From: Candidatus Methylacidiphilales bacterium
Lineage (GTDB): Bacteria; Verrucomicrobiota; Verrucomicrobiia; Methylacidiphilales; JANWVL01
NCBI GenBank assembly: GCA_025056655.1
Contig: JANWVL010000082.1
Location: 813 to 64,812 of the forward strand
Direction: 5' to 3'
Length of the DNA stretch: 64,000 nucleotides
Under the pieces are notes generated by a model. It did not search any database. It saw only the letters and a program-made list of their open reading frames with translations, and had not been told where the DNA came from. A program made the position numbers and the translations under genes. Positions 32,293 through 41,407 of the stretch are shown here, piece after piece; position 1 is the first letter of the stretch; the number at the start of each line of letters is the position of its first letter.

Positions 32293-33297
32293 ATGAAAAT
32301 CTTACTCCTCTGTATTCCATTGCTCGCCTTGAGCGCCTGCCAAGACAGTGCCGCCCTGCTCAACGTCTCGTATGATCCCACACGGGAATTCTTCACTGAA
32401 TACAACCTCTATTTTTCAGACCTATGGGAAAAACAACACGGAAAACGTATCCTCATCAGCCAATCCCATGGAGGCTCGGGGAAACAAGCCCGAGCGGTCA
32501 TAGACGGGATTCCAGCTGATGTCGTGACACTTGCTTTGGGCTATGACATTGACGCGATTGCAGCTAAAGGTCTGATCCGAAAAAATTGGCAACAACAACT
32601 CCCTTACAACAGCGCACCATACACCTCCACCATCATCTTCGTAGTCAGAAAAGGTAATCCTAAAAAAATTCGTGGCTGGGATGACCTTATCCGCAAAGAT
32701 GTCGAGGTTGTCATTGCCAATCCACTAACATCAGGCGGCGCGCGATGGGCTTATTTAGCGGCTTGGGGACACGCTCAGATCACCCGTCAAGGGGACATCG
32801 ACGCAATACGTCAATACATGAAAGCGCTTTATGCCAACGCCCCTATTCTCGACACCTCAGCACGCGGAGCAGCGATGAGTTTTGCCGAGCGATACATCGG
32901 CGATGTCCTTGTCTCATGGGAAAACGAAGCTCTACTTTTGCTGCGATATCACTCAGACGAACTCGAGATCGTCACCCCTCCTTACTCGATACTAGCTGAA
33001 CCAGCCGTAGCCGTCGTCGACCGCAATGTAGATGAACGAGGAACTCGATCTTTAGCTGAGGCATATTTGAAAACCCTATATACTGAAGAAGCACAAGATA
33101 TCGCAGCACGCCACTACTATCGCCCAAGATCTCAATCTATTCTCAAGCGTTACGCTCATCACTTCCCATCCCTAAGACTTTTTACCTTAGATGAAATGTT
33201 CGGAAGCTGGGCAGACGTGCACAAAAAACATTTTGCCTCAGATGGAGAATTTGACCGCATCATTCGTGAATTGGGCATGCAACAAGCTAAAAAATAA
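32293..33297 (+). CDS. cysP: sulfate/thiosulfate ABC transporter substrate-binding lipoprotein
   Basis: 334 aa. Lipobox LALSAC, LLNVSYDPTREF, QSHGGSGKQARAVIDG. Confidence 0.9.
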   Translation: MKILLLCIPLLALSACQDSAALLNVSYDPTREFFTEYNLYFSDLWEKQHGKRILISQSHGGSGKQARAVIDGIPADVVTLALGYDIDAIAAKGLIRKNWQQQLPYNSAPYTSTIIFVVRKGNPKKIRGWDDLIRKDVEVVIANPLTSGGARWAYLAAWGHAQITRQGDIDAIRQYMKALYANAPILDTSARGAAMSFAERYIGDVLVSWENEALLLLRYHSDELEIVTPPYSILAEPAVAVVDRNVDERGTRSLAEAYLKTLYTEEAQDIAARHYYRPRSQSILKRYAHHFPSLRLFTLDEMFGSWADVHKKHFASDGEFDRIIRELGMQQAKK

Positions 33298-33304
33298 CCT
33301 CTAT

Positions 33305-34126
33305 ATGACCCGCCAAACTCTTCCTGGATTCCATTTGACGCTAGGCCTCTCCGTTTTTTACCTCAGTTTTATTGCCCTCCTTCCTCTACTTGCTCTTACA
33401 TTCAAAGCAGGCGAAGCAGGATGCAAAGCCCTATTAGAAACCCTTTTAGATCCACGCGTGCTAGCTGCGTTTCGATTAAGCTTCGGCCTATCTCTTCTCG
33501 CAACATTCTTCAGCTTGACCCTAGGCCTAATCACAGCATGGGTGTTAGTCCGCTATGATTTCCCGGGTAAAAGGTGGGCTGATGCTGTTGTAGATCTGCC
33601 TTTTGCCTTACCCACAGCTGTTGCAGGTATCGCTCTTACCTCTCTTTATGCCCCGCAAGGTTGGTTTGGCCGCTATTTTGAAATGGTCGGCATTAAAGTC
33701 GCTTACACTCCGCTAGGAATTTTCATTGCGCTTGTTTTTATCTCGCTGCCTTTTGTTATACGAACCGTCCAGCCAGTCATTCGCGAGCTACCACATGAAA
33801 TTGAAGAAGCTGCAGCCACTCTAGGTAGCCGTCGAACCCAGACCTTTATTCGAATAATTTTACCCATGCTTTTTCCTTCACTTCTCATCGGAGGATTGAT
33901 GGGCTTCGGAAGAGCGCTCGGAGAATATGGCTCTGTGGTCTTCATCGCTGGCAATCTACCTTTTAAGACAGAAATTATCCCTTTGCTGATTGTTACTAAA
34001 CTTGAGCAATACGACTATACATCTGCCGCTGTGCTAGGAGCTGCTATGCTGTTAGCTTCCTTTCTGATCATGCTTTGCATCAATTTTGTCCAGCAACGCC
34101 ACGCTACCTTTACATTTAAAAATTAA
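33305..34126 (+). CDS. cysT: sulfate ABC transporter permease CysT
   Basis: The ORF track starts at 33191, overlapping cysP. The likely start is MTRQTLPGF (ATG at 33305). Permease EAA-type loop EEAAATLGSRRTQTF. Confidence 0.9.
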   Translation: MTRQTLPGFHLTLGLSVFYLSFIALLPLLALTFKAGEAGCKALLETLLDPRVLAAFRLSFGLSLLATFFSLTLGLITAWVLVRYDFPGKRWADAVVDLPFALPTAVAGIALTSLYAPQGWFGRYFEMVGIKVAYTPLGIFIALVFISLPFVIRTVQPVIRELPHEIEEAAATLGSRRTQTFIRIILPMLFPSLLIGGLMGFGRALGEYGSVVFIAGNLPFKTEIIPLLIVTKLEQYDYTSAAVLGAAMLLASFLIMLCINFVQQRHATFTFKN

Positions 34127-34140
34127 CCCTCTCGCTCACC

Positions 34141-34998
34141 ATGGGTTCCAAGTCCTACGCACATCTTTCAGCAACTGAAGATCCCACATGGCTCAAGTTT
34201 TCTCTCATCGGAATCACTCTTTGCATATTAACCATAATAGTAATAGCCCCTACGCTTTTGGTCTTTTATGAAGCTCTACGAAACGGCTTCGGACCTTTTC
34301 TAAAAACTTTCGCCGACCCCTACACGCAACACGCAATCCAAATGACCTTCTGGGTCGCCTTGCTCGCAGTCCCGATCAACACAGCATTTGGCATCTGCTT
34401 AGCTTGGACTGCCACGCGATATACATTTCCTGGAAAAAAAATCCTTCTAGCTCTTATCGACCTGCCGATTAGCGTCTCTCCTGTAATCGCTGGACTCATC
34501 TTTGTGCTGCTTTACGGCTTACATGGGTGGTTCGGTCCCTGGTTAATGGAGCACCACATACGCATCATATTTGCATTTCCAGGTATTTTGCTTGCCACAC
34601 TCTTTGTTACGCTTCCTTACGTAGCTCGCACACTCATCCCACTCATGCAAGCCCAAGGACAAGCTGAGGAAGAAGCCGCACTTACTCTCGGCGCAAACGG
34701 TTGGCAAATTTTTTGGCATATCACTCTACCCAAAATTCGCTGGGGGCTTCTTTTCGCCATTATTCTCTGCAATGCTCGTACGATGGGTGAATTCGGGGCT
34801 GTATCAGTTGTCTCAGGCCATATACGTGGAATTACAAACACCATCCCACTACATATCGAAATACTACATCACGAATATCACACTTCATCCGCTTTTGCCC
34901 TAGCTTCACTCCTAGCAGCCCTCGCTATTGCAACCCTGATCGTTAAAAGCATCGCTGAAACTCTTTCCCTCAGACAGCAAAATTCTTCATCCACCTAA
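34141..34998 (+). CDS. cysW: sulfate ABC transporter permease CysW
   Basis: 285 aa. EAA loop [15 protein letters not shown]. Confidence 0.9.
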   Translation: MGSKSYAHLSATEDPTWLKFSLIGITLCILTIIVIAPTLLVFYEALRNGFGPFLKTFADPYTQHAIQMTFWVALLAVPINTAFGICLAWTATRYTFPGKKILLALIDLPISVSPVIAGLIFVLLYGLHGWFGPWLMEHHIRIIFAFPGILLATLFVTLPYVARTLIPLMQAQGQAEEEAALTLGANGWQIFWHITLPKIRWGLLFAIILCNARTMGEFGAVSVVSGHIRGITNTIPLHIEILHHEYHTSSAFALASLLAALAIATLIVKSIAETLSLRQQNSSST

Positions 34999-35015
34999 CC
35001 ACCCCCACCATCACC

Positions 35016-35750
35016 ATGAGTATCCAAGTCTGTCACATCAGTAAAACCTTTTCCACACAATGCACAGCACTGCGTGACGTCAGCTTAGAAGTAGCAACAG
35101 GAGAACTGCTCGCACTACTTGGCCCAAGTGGCTCGGGTAAGACAACGCTCCTTCGCATCGTAGCCGGACTAGAATTCCCAGATCCAGGCTCAGGAAGCGT
35201 TTTCTTTCATGGCGAAGACGTCACCTATCGCTCCGCTTACGAACGCCGCGCAGGCTTTGTATTTCAAAATTACGCCCTATTCCCCCACATGACCGTATTT
35301 GACAATATCGCCTTCGGCCTTCGGATACGCCCACGTGCCCTCCGCCCTTCCAAAGAAGCCATCCGCGACCGCGTCCTTCAGCTTTTGGAAAGCGTCCAGC
35401 TCAAAGGTCTTGAAAAACGTCTCCCATCTCAACTCTCAGGAGGCCAACGCCAGCGCGTCGCTCTCGCACGCGCCCTAGCTATTGAACCTCGCGTCTTACT
35501 CCTCGATGAACCTTTCGGCGCCCTCGACGCTCGTGTTCGAAAAGACTTGAGAAAGTGGCTCCGAGAATTCCATAACTCCGTCAGACTCACCACCCTCTTC
35601 GTCACCCACGATCAAGAAGAAGCTTTTGAGCTTGCCGATCGAGTTGTCATCATTCATGAAGGCTCCATTCAACAAATCGGCACCCCCGCATACGTCCGCA
35701 ACACACCAGCCAATCCATTTGTAGCCGACTTTTTGGGTATGGATATCTAG
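35016..35750 (+). CDS. cysA: sulfate ABC transporter ATP-binding protein (short form)
   Basis: 244 aa. Walker [23 protein letters not shown]. It ends right after the ABC core with no C-terminal regulatory domain. Confidence 0.85.
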   Translation: MSIQVCHISKTFSTQCTALRDVSLEVATGELLALLGPSGSGKTTLLRIVAGLEFPDPGSGSVFFHGEDVTYRSAYERRAGFVFQNYALFPHMTVFDNIAFGLRIRPRALRPSKEAIRDRVLQLLESVQLKGLEKRLPSQLSGGQRQRVALARALAIEPRVLLLDEPFGALDARVRKDLRKWLREFHNSVRLTTLFVTHDQEEAFELADRVVIIHEGSIQQIGTPAYVRNTPANPFVADFLGMDI

Positions 35751-35827
35751 CAGCTTACCTAAAAGCCAACTTTGTAATTAAAAAACTCATCGCTGCTCTT
35801 TTTGCCGTTTGCTAACTAGCTTCTGTC

Positions 35828-36610
35828 ATGGATCCAATCCAAAGCATAGGCATTTTTGCCCTCAACTTTATTCAAGCTACAGGCCAGATATGTTTCCTTC
35901 TAGCCGACACTTTCCGCTGCACCTTCGCCTATCCATTTCGCTTCCGCCTATTCTGGCGTCAACTCTGGTTCATTGGTGTCCAATCCCAAGGCGTAGTCCT
36001 CATCACCGGTGCCTTCACCGGTGCAGTCTTCGCTGCACAAACTCAATTCCAATTCGGCCGGTTAGGCATGAACTCTGCCGTAGGACCTGTCGTCTCGGTA
36101 GCCATGTGCAGGGAGCTTGGCCCTGTCCTTTGTGCCTTGATGGTCGCAGGCCGTGTTGGCTCAGCAATAGCCGCTGAAATCTCCACCATGAAAACCACAG
36201 AGCAACTCGATGCTCTACGGGCTCTCGGTATTTATCCTGTCCAATATCTAGTCGTCCCAAGATTTGCTGCGATGGCACTTTCCATGCCCATCCTGACTTC
36301 AATGGCAATCTTTTTAGGAATAGGCAGCGGTTACCTAGTCGCAGTGCCAATTCTTGGCGTTGACGGAGTCTACTATTGGGAAAATACAGTCAAATTCACA
36401 GTGATGAAGGATGTATTAATCGGCCTTACAAAAGCTTTTATTTTCGGTATGATCATATGCATGATCAGTGCTCACCGCGGCCTCCACGCTGCACCAAACG
36501 CAGAAGGCGTCGGCCAAGCCACCACTCAAGCAGCCGTTCAATCCTCCATCGCATGTCTCATCGCTAATTTCTTCTTAACCTTCCTGCTAAATACCATCCT
36601 TCCAGATTGA
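35828..36610 (+). CDS. mlaE: MlaE-family ABC permease
   Basis: 260 aa. MlaE/YrbE-like polytopic permease (…TTEQLDALRALG…). Confidence 0.85.
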   Translation: MDPIQSIGIFALNFIQATGQICFLLADTFRCTFAYPFRFRLFWRQLWFIGVQSQGVVLITGAFTGAVFAAQTQFQFGRLGMNSAVGPVVSVAMCRELGPVLCALMVAGRVGSAIAAEISTMKTTEQLDALRALGIYPVQYLVVPRFAAMALSMPILTSMAIFLGIGSGYLVAVPILGVDGVYYWENTVKFTVMKDVLIGLTKAFIFGMIICMISAHRGLHAAPNAEGVGQATTQAAVQSSIACLIANFFLTFLLNTILPD

Positions 36611-36638
36611 CCCAACCCATCCCCATTCCACTGATAAA

Positions 36639-37379
36639 ATGATACGGCTACAACACGTCACCAAATCTTTCGGCACGCAGCGCGTTCTCACAAATCTCTC
36701 CTTAGAGATTCCTAACGGCGAAAACCTCGTCATCATCGGACGCAGCGGCACCGGAAAAAGCGTTACCCTCAAACTAATCCTCGGCCTCCTTCACCCCGAT
36801 TCCGGCGACATCTTCGTAGATAATTACCACGTAAACACCCTCTCCGAAGAAGAATTAGCCCCAATGCGCCGCAATCTAGGCATGGTCTTTCAAAACGGCG
36901 CTCTCTTTGACTCAATGACTGTCGGTGACAACGTCGCCTTCCCTCTGCGTGAAGACAAAAAACTCTCTCCATCAGAAATCCGCGATGAAGTCCACCACGC
37001 CCTATCCCTCGTCGGTTTAGCCAACGCCGAAATGAAAATGCCCTCTGAGATATCCGGCGGCATGCGTAAACGCGTAGCCCTCGCTCGTGCCCTTGTCCGT
37101 AAACCCAAAATCATGATGTATGATGAACCGACCGCCGGCCTCGATCCAATCCTATCCGACAGCATCTCACGCCTGATAAAAGACGTCGCTGATCAGTTTA
37201 ACATGACCGTAGTTGTAGTCACTCACGATATGGCCAGCGCCTACCTGATCGCCGATCGAATTGCTTTGCTTCACCAAGGGCAAATCTATAAAATCGCTAG
37301 CCCAGAAGAAATCCGCCAATCCACCGATCCTATCCTCTACAATTTCGTCCGCGGCATCTCCACCAACCAAGACCTCTGA
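36639..37379 (+). CDS. mlaF: MlaF-family ABC ATP-binding protein
   Basis: 246 aa. GRSGTGKS, ISGGMRKR, MMYDEP. Confidence 0.85.
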   Translation: MIRLQHVTKSFGTQRVLTNLSLEIPNGENLVIIGRSGTGKSVTLKLILGLLHPDSGDIFVDNYHVNTLSEEELAPMRRNLGMVFQNGALFDSMTVGDNVAFPLREDKKLSPSEIRDEVHHALSLVGLANAEMKMPSEISGGMRKRVALARALVRKPKIMMYDEPTAGLDPILSDSISRLIKDVADQFNMTVVVVTHDMASAYLIADRIALLHQGQIYKIASPEEIRQSTDPILYNFVRGISTNQDL

Positions 37380-37426
37380 TTGCTTCTCTATTTCAAACTC
37401 TCCCCACACCCACTATGATCTAACCC

Positions 37427-38242
37427 ATGACCAACCCGACACTCGAGCGATCAGTAGGTTTCTTTATCCTTATCGGCCTAATAGCCATAGGATGGCTAAT
37501 CATACAATTCGGTCGCCTCGGAGAAACTTATCAACAATCCTACATCATCACCGTCGAATTTCCCAACGCAAGCGGCCTCCTAAAAGGATCCCAAGTCATG
37601 ATGGCCGGCGCACTCATAGGCAGAGTCCTCAACACCCCACAACCAATCAAAGATGGCGCAGCCATACAAGTAATCATGCGAATCCGCAAAGACGTAAAAA
37701 TTCGCCGCAACGCAAAATTCCTCATCGGAAGCATGGGCATGCTCGGAGACCGCTTCGTCGACGTCCAGCCACAACCCGTTCCCGAAGGTGAAGAAGTCGA
37801 TTTCATCCGTGACGGCGACACCATCATAAGCGGAGGCCGCACCTCCGATCTATCCGACCTGACTAACGCAGCAAAACCCCTTATCGAACGTCTAAACGAC
37901 ATCGCCAAGCGCCTCGACTCCATCACCACAAAACTCGACACCTCTATCCTCACAGAGCAATCTACCAAAGATCTCCGAGAATCTTTCGCCCACTTAAAAT
38001 CACTCCTCGCCAACACCGACAAAACTATCCAAGAAGCCCAATCCCTCATCCGTGACGCCCGCCAACAAAAAGGAGCCCTCTCCAAACTCATCTACGACGA
38101 ATCCCTAGCCAACGACCTCGCAGCCTTCGTCGCCAACCTACGTCGAAAAGGCATCCTCTTTTACTCGGACGAATCAGGACGCTCTGAGACTCCCCCCGCT
38201 CGCCTCCCCGAACGCGACCCCCGAAAAAAAACACGCCGCTAA
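37427..38242 (+). CDS. mlaD: MlaD-family (MCE domain) protein
   Basis: 271 aa. N-terminal TM, an MCE fold (FPNASGLLKGSQVMMAGALIGRV), a coiled-coil region and a basic tail. Confidence 0.8.
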   Translation: MTNPTLERSVGFFILIGLIAIGWLIIQFGRLGETYQQSYIITVEFPNASGLLKGSQVMMAGALIGRVLNTPQPIKDGAAIQVIMRIRKDVKIRRNAKFLIGSMGMLGDRFVDVQPQPVPEGEEVDFIRDGDTIISGGRTSDLSDLTNAAKPLIERLNDIAKRLDSITTKLDTSILTEQSTKDLRESFAHLKSLLANTDKTIQEAQSLIRDARQQKGALSKLIYDESLANDLAAFVANLRRKGILFYSDESGRSETPPARLPERDPRKKTRR

Positions 38243-38243
38243 A

Positions 38244-38945
38244 ATGTCTTCCTCATCCACAACACCCCTCGGCGCAGTCATCGTTGCTGCCGGCTCCTCC
38301 AAACGCATGGGCTTCGATAAGCTCCTCACCCCCATAGCCGGTGAACCCCTCCTTTCCCACACTCTCAAAGCCGTTACCCAATGCCCCTCGATCACCTCCA
38401 TAGTTGTAGTCATACGCCCAGAAACCCAAAACACCATCCACTCAATCCTCTCCACAATTCAATCCCCCACCCCAATCCTTCTTACCCACGGCGGGGCAGA
38501 ACGCCAAGATTCCGTGCGTCTCGGCATAACTGCCCTCCCACCAGACTATCCCTACGTTCTCATCCACGACGCCGCACGCCCTTTCATCGACGAAAACCTC
38601 GTCCAAAAAGTCCTCCAAGCCGCCATCACCTGTGGAGCCGCAGTCTGCGGCCATCCTAGTCGCGACACACTCAAGGAAATTAACCCCGACCAACCCCCCA
38701 TCACTATCCATCGCACCCTAGACCGTTCCCGCATCTGGGCTGTCCAGACCCCACAAATTTTTTATCGCCCCCTCATAGAAAAAGCCTACGACTTCGTCCA
38801 TAGAAACAACCTCCACGTCACCGACGACACCGCTGCTGTCGAGCTTCTAGGCCATCCCGTTCAAATCGTATCACACGACCGTTGCAACCTCAAAATCACC
38901 ACCCCAGACGACTGGCGCCTAGCTGAACTTCTCCTATCCTCATGA
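38244..38945 (+). CDS. ispD: 2-C-methyl-D-erythritol 4-phosphate cytidylyltransferase
   Basis: 233 aa. VIVAAGSSKRMG and VLIHDAARPF. It starts 1 nt after the mlaD stop. Confidence 0.9.
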   Translation: MSSSSTTPLGAVIVAAGSSKRMGFDKLLTPIAGEPLLSHTLKAVTQCPSITSIVVVIRPETQNTIHSILSTIQSPTPILLTHGGAERQDSVRLGITALPPDYPYVLIHDAARPFIDENLVQKVLQAAITCGAAVCGHPSRDTLKEINPDQPPITIHRTLDRSRIWAVQTPQIFYRPLIEKAYDFVHRNNLHVTDDTAAVELLGHPVQIVSHDRCNLKITTPDDWRLAELLLSS

Positions 38946-39607
38946 ACTTCCAAGCCCTACGTTCTCACCCCGCTTTCCCCCTTGTTTTCCCTTACCTCCT
39001 TTTTGCCACCTGCGGACTCCTTCACAACCTTCATCCCCTAGCCATCTACATCACCTACCCCCTCAAAACAATACTCGTGTCCTGGGCGCTTCTCGTCTTC
39101 TGGAAAACTTACCCCATCTCGCGACTCAATCTCAAAATAACCCTCGGCTCAATAGCCGTCGGACTCCTTTGCCTCATCGCCTGGATCCTTCCCTACGAGC
39201 ACCTCATTCCTGCAGACCAGCTCACCACCGCCTACAACCCCTCAGCACATTTCAAAAATCAACTACTCGTTATTTCCCTACTCACAATCCGCCTAATCGG
39301 TGCATCCTTCACCGTTCCTCTAATGGAAGAACTTTTCATCCGCGGATTCCTCCAACGATACCTCATCAAATCCGATTTTCAAAATGTCCCCATCGGCACT
39401 TACACCCACTTCTCATTCTGGACGACTACTGCACTCTTCGCATTAACCCACGGCTCCGAATGGCACGTCGCCCTACTCGCTGGAGTAATCTTCGGTGCCT
39501 GGTATATCTTCACAAAAAACCTGACCGCAGTTATCCTCGCTCATGCCACCACCAACTTCACCCTAGGACTCTACGTCATCCTCTCCGGAAAAACGCATTT
39601 CTGGTAA
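38942..39607 (+). CDS. CPBP-family (CAAX) intramembrane glutamic protease
   Basis: 221 aa. EELFIRGF (EExxxR) and HATTNF motifs. It overlaps ispD by 4 nt. Confidence 0.75.
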   Translation: MNFQALRSHPAFPLVFPYLLFATCGLLHNLHPLAIYITYPLKTILVSWALLVFWKTYPISRLNLKITLGSIAVGLLCLIAWILPYEHLIPADQLTTAYNPSAHFKNQLLVISLLTIRLIGASFTVPLMEELFIRGFLQRYLIKSDFQNVPIGTYTHFSFWTTTALFALTHGSEWHVALLAGVIFGAWYIFTKNLTAVILAHATTNFTLGLYVILSGKTHFW

Positions 39608-39615
39608 CCACTCCC

Positions 39616-40827
39616 ATGCGCCACCAACGCGTCTTAATCCTCTCTGCCAGCGCAGGCACAGGTCATGTCCGCGCCGCTGAAGCCCTCGAAAGAGCATTCA
39701 AGCAACGCCCCACCGTAGCTGAGGTCGCTCACGTCGACGCCCTCCGTTTCACCAACAAAATCTTCCGCGATTTCTACTCCCGCCTCTACACCCAACTCGT
39801 CGAAAACGCCCCCACACTCCTCGGTTGGTGGTATAAACAAAGCGACGAACCTTGGAAGACCGACCGCATGCGTTTCATGCTCGATCGCCTAAACCTCGGC
39901 CCCCTCATCGAATTCATCGAAGACTTCTCCCCTCACACCACCATCTGCACACACTTCCTCCCAGCTGAAATCATCTCTCACCTCATAGAAAAACAACGCA
40001 TCTCCGCACGCCTATCGATCACCGTCACCGATTTCGACTTCCACGCCATGTGGCTCACCAAAACCTTCCACAGATACTTCGTAGCGCTAGAAGAAACAAA
40101 AATCCACCTATCAAAACTAGGCCTACCCCCCGAACGAATTGCCGTCACAGGCATCCCCATCCATCCCGAATTTAGACCATGCCCCATCGAAGAACGCCCC
40201 GCACTCCGCCAAAGCGTCGGCCTCAAGCCTCACCTCCCCACCTTACTCCTCTCCGCAGGCGCCCTCGGAGTCACCCCAGCACAAGCTATCCTAGAAACAC
40301 TCAGAGACCTCACAATTCCCGCTCAAATTGTCGTAATCTGTGGCAAAAACGAAAGCCTCCTACAATCCATTCTCCAAACCATAGAACGCAATCCATTCCC
40401 TTCCCACTTACACATCACCCCACTCGGCTACACCCAACAAATGCACACCTGGATGCGCGTCGCCGACCTCTACATCGGCAAACCCGGCGGCCTCACCATC
40501 TCCGAAGCCCTTTCAACCGGCCTCCCCATGGTCATCACCTCTCCCATCCCCGGACAAGAAGAACGCAACAGCGACCACCTCCTCGAAAAAGGTGCCGCCA
40601 TAAAATGCAACACCCTCACCACCCTACCCTACAAAATCGAATCCCTTCTCAATCACCCCACACGCCTCCAATCCATGCGCCGCGCCGCACTCCAGCTAGC
40701 CCAACCCCACGCCACCCAAAAAATCGTCTCTATCCTACTTCGCGATCACACTGAAAAAACAGATCCCATCCTCATCCCAAAAGAACAACAACGCGCCATG
40801 GCTCTCCGCGCCAGACTTCAAAAATAA
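39616..40827 (+). CDS. MGDG-synthase-family (GT28) diacylglycerol glycosyltransferase
   Basis: The true start is MRHQRVLILSASAGTGHVRAAEAL (ATG at 39616). The ORF-track extension back to 39169 is low complexity and overlaps the CPBP gene in another frame. C-terminal GKPGGLTISEALSTGLPMV. Confidence 0.8.
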   Translation: MRHQRVLILSASAGTGHVRAAEALERAFKQRPTVAEVAHVDALRFTNKIFRDFYSRLYTQLVENAPTLLGWWYKQSDEPWKTDRMRFMLDRLNLGPLIEFIEDFSPHTTICTHFLPAEIISHLIEKQRISARLSITVTDFDFHAMWLTKTFHRYFVALEETKIHLSKLGLPPERIAVTGIPIHPEFRPCPIEERPALRQSVGLKPHLPTLLLSAGALGVTPAQAILETLRDLTIPAQIVVICGKNESLLQSILQTIERNPFPSHLHITPLGYTQQMHTWMRVADLYIGKPGGLTISEALSTGLPMVITSPIPGQEERNSDHLLEKGAAIKCNTLTTLPYKIESLLNHPTRLQSMRRAALQLAQPHATQKIVSILLRDHTEKTDPILIPKEQQRAMALRARLQK

Positions 40828-40871
40828 CCTACCAATTTGCACCTGCCTATTTTTTAGACTAACATTTCAAC

Positions 40872-41381
40872 ATGCGCCTAACCTCCATCCTAGCCATGTC
40901 GCTACTTTCACTCTTCTCCTTCTCCCAGGCAAAGCCTCTAGACATCGGCTCTACCGTGCCAGAAGTCGAGGCCATAGATCAAGACGGCAAACCCTTCCCC
41001 CTCAACGAGACCCTTCGCACCGGCACCACACTCGTCTTTTTCTACCCCAAAGCCAACACCCCCGGCTGCACCGCACAAGCCTGCAGCCTGAGAGATCAAT
41101 ACCAAACCCTCCTCCATCTCAACCTCAAAATCATCGGCGTAAGCTGCGACTCCCCCCAAAGCCAAAAAAAATTCAAAACCCAACACAACCTCCCCTTCCC
41201 ACTCCTCGCAGACGAAAAAGGACAAATCACCAAAGCCTTTGGAGTCCCCACAACTCTTGGATTCGCCGCACGACAATCATTTCTCATCCGCAACGGCAAA
41301 GTAGTCTGGCGCGACCTCCACCCACAGACCTCCCGCCACGCACAAGATGTCTTGCAAGCCCTAGAGACCCTCGGCAAATAA
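40872..41381 (+). CDS. bcp: peroxiredoxin (Bcp type) with signal peptide
   Basis: 169 aa. FFYPKANTPGCTAQAC, preceded by MRLTSILAMSLLSLFSFSQA. Confidence 0.85.
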   Translation: MRLTSILAMSLLSLFSFSQAKPLDIGSTVPEVEAIDQDGKPFPLNETLRTGTTLVFFYPKANTPGCTAQACSLRDQYQTLLHLNLKIIGVSCDSPQSQKKFKTQHNLPFPLLADEKGQITKAFGVPTTLGFAARQSFLIRNGKVVWRDLHPQTSRHAQDVLQALETLGK

Positions 41382-41407
41382 TCCCACCGTAGGCCGTCGG
41401 CCCGCCT

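Noticed and set aside
39169-39615. A 149-codon N-terminal extension of the MGDG-synthase ORF (the ORF track gives 552 aa).
   Set aside because: It is low-complexity (Pro/His/Arg/Thr-rich) and overlaps the well-supported CPBP gene in another frame. The canonical GT28 N-terminus MRHQRVLILSASAGTGH starts at 39616. It is a stop-free run caused by the T/G-poor composition.
40179-40754. A 191-aa alternative-frame ORF inside the GT28 gene (MPHRRTPRTPPKRRPQ...). Similar ORFs occur at 37261-37791, 38381-38659, 41461-41736, 42147-42491, 48906-49262 and 49614-49868.
   Set aside because: All are Pro/Arg/His/Ser/Thr low-complexity translations of the C/A-rich strand, lying within genes that carry clear family motifs in another frame. 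There is no independent start context.
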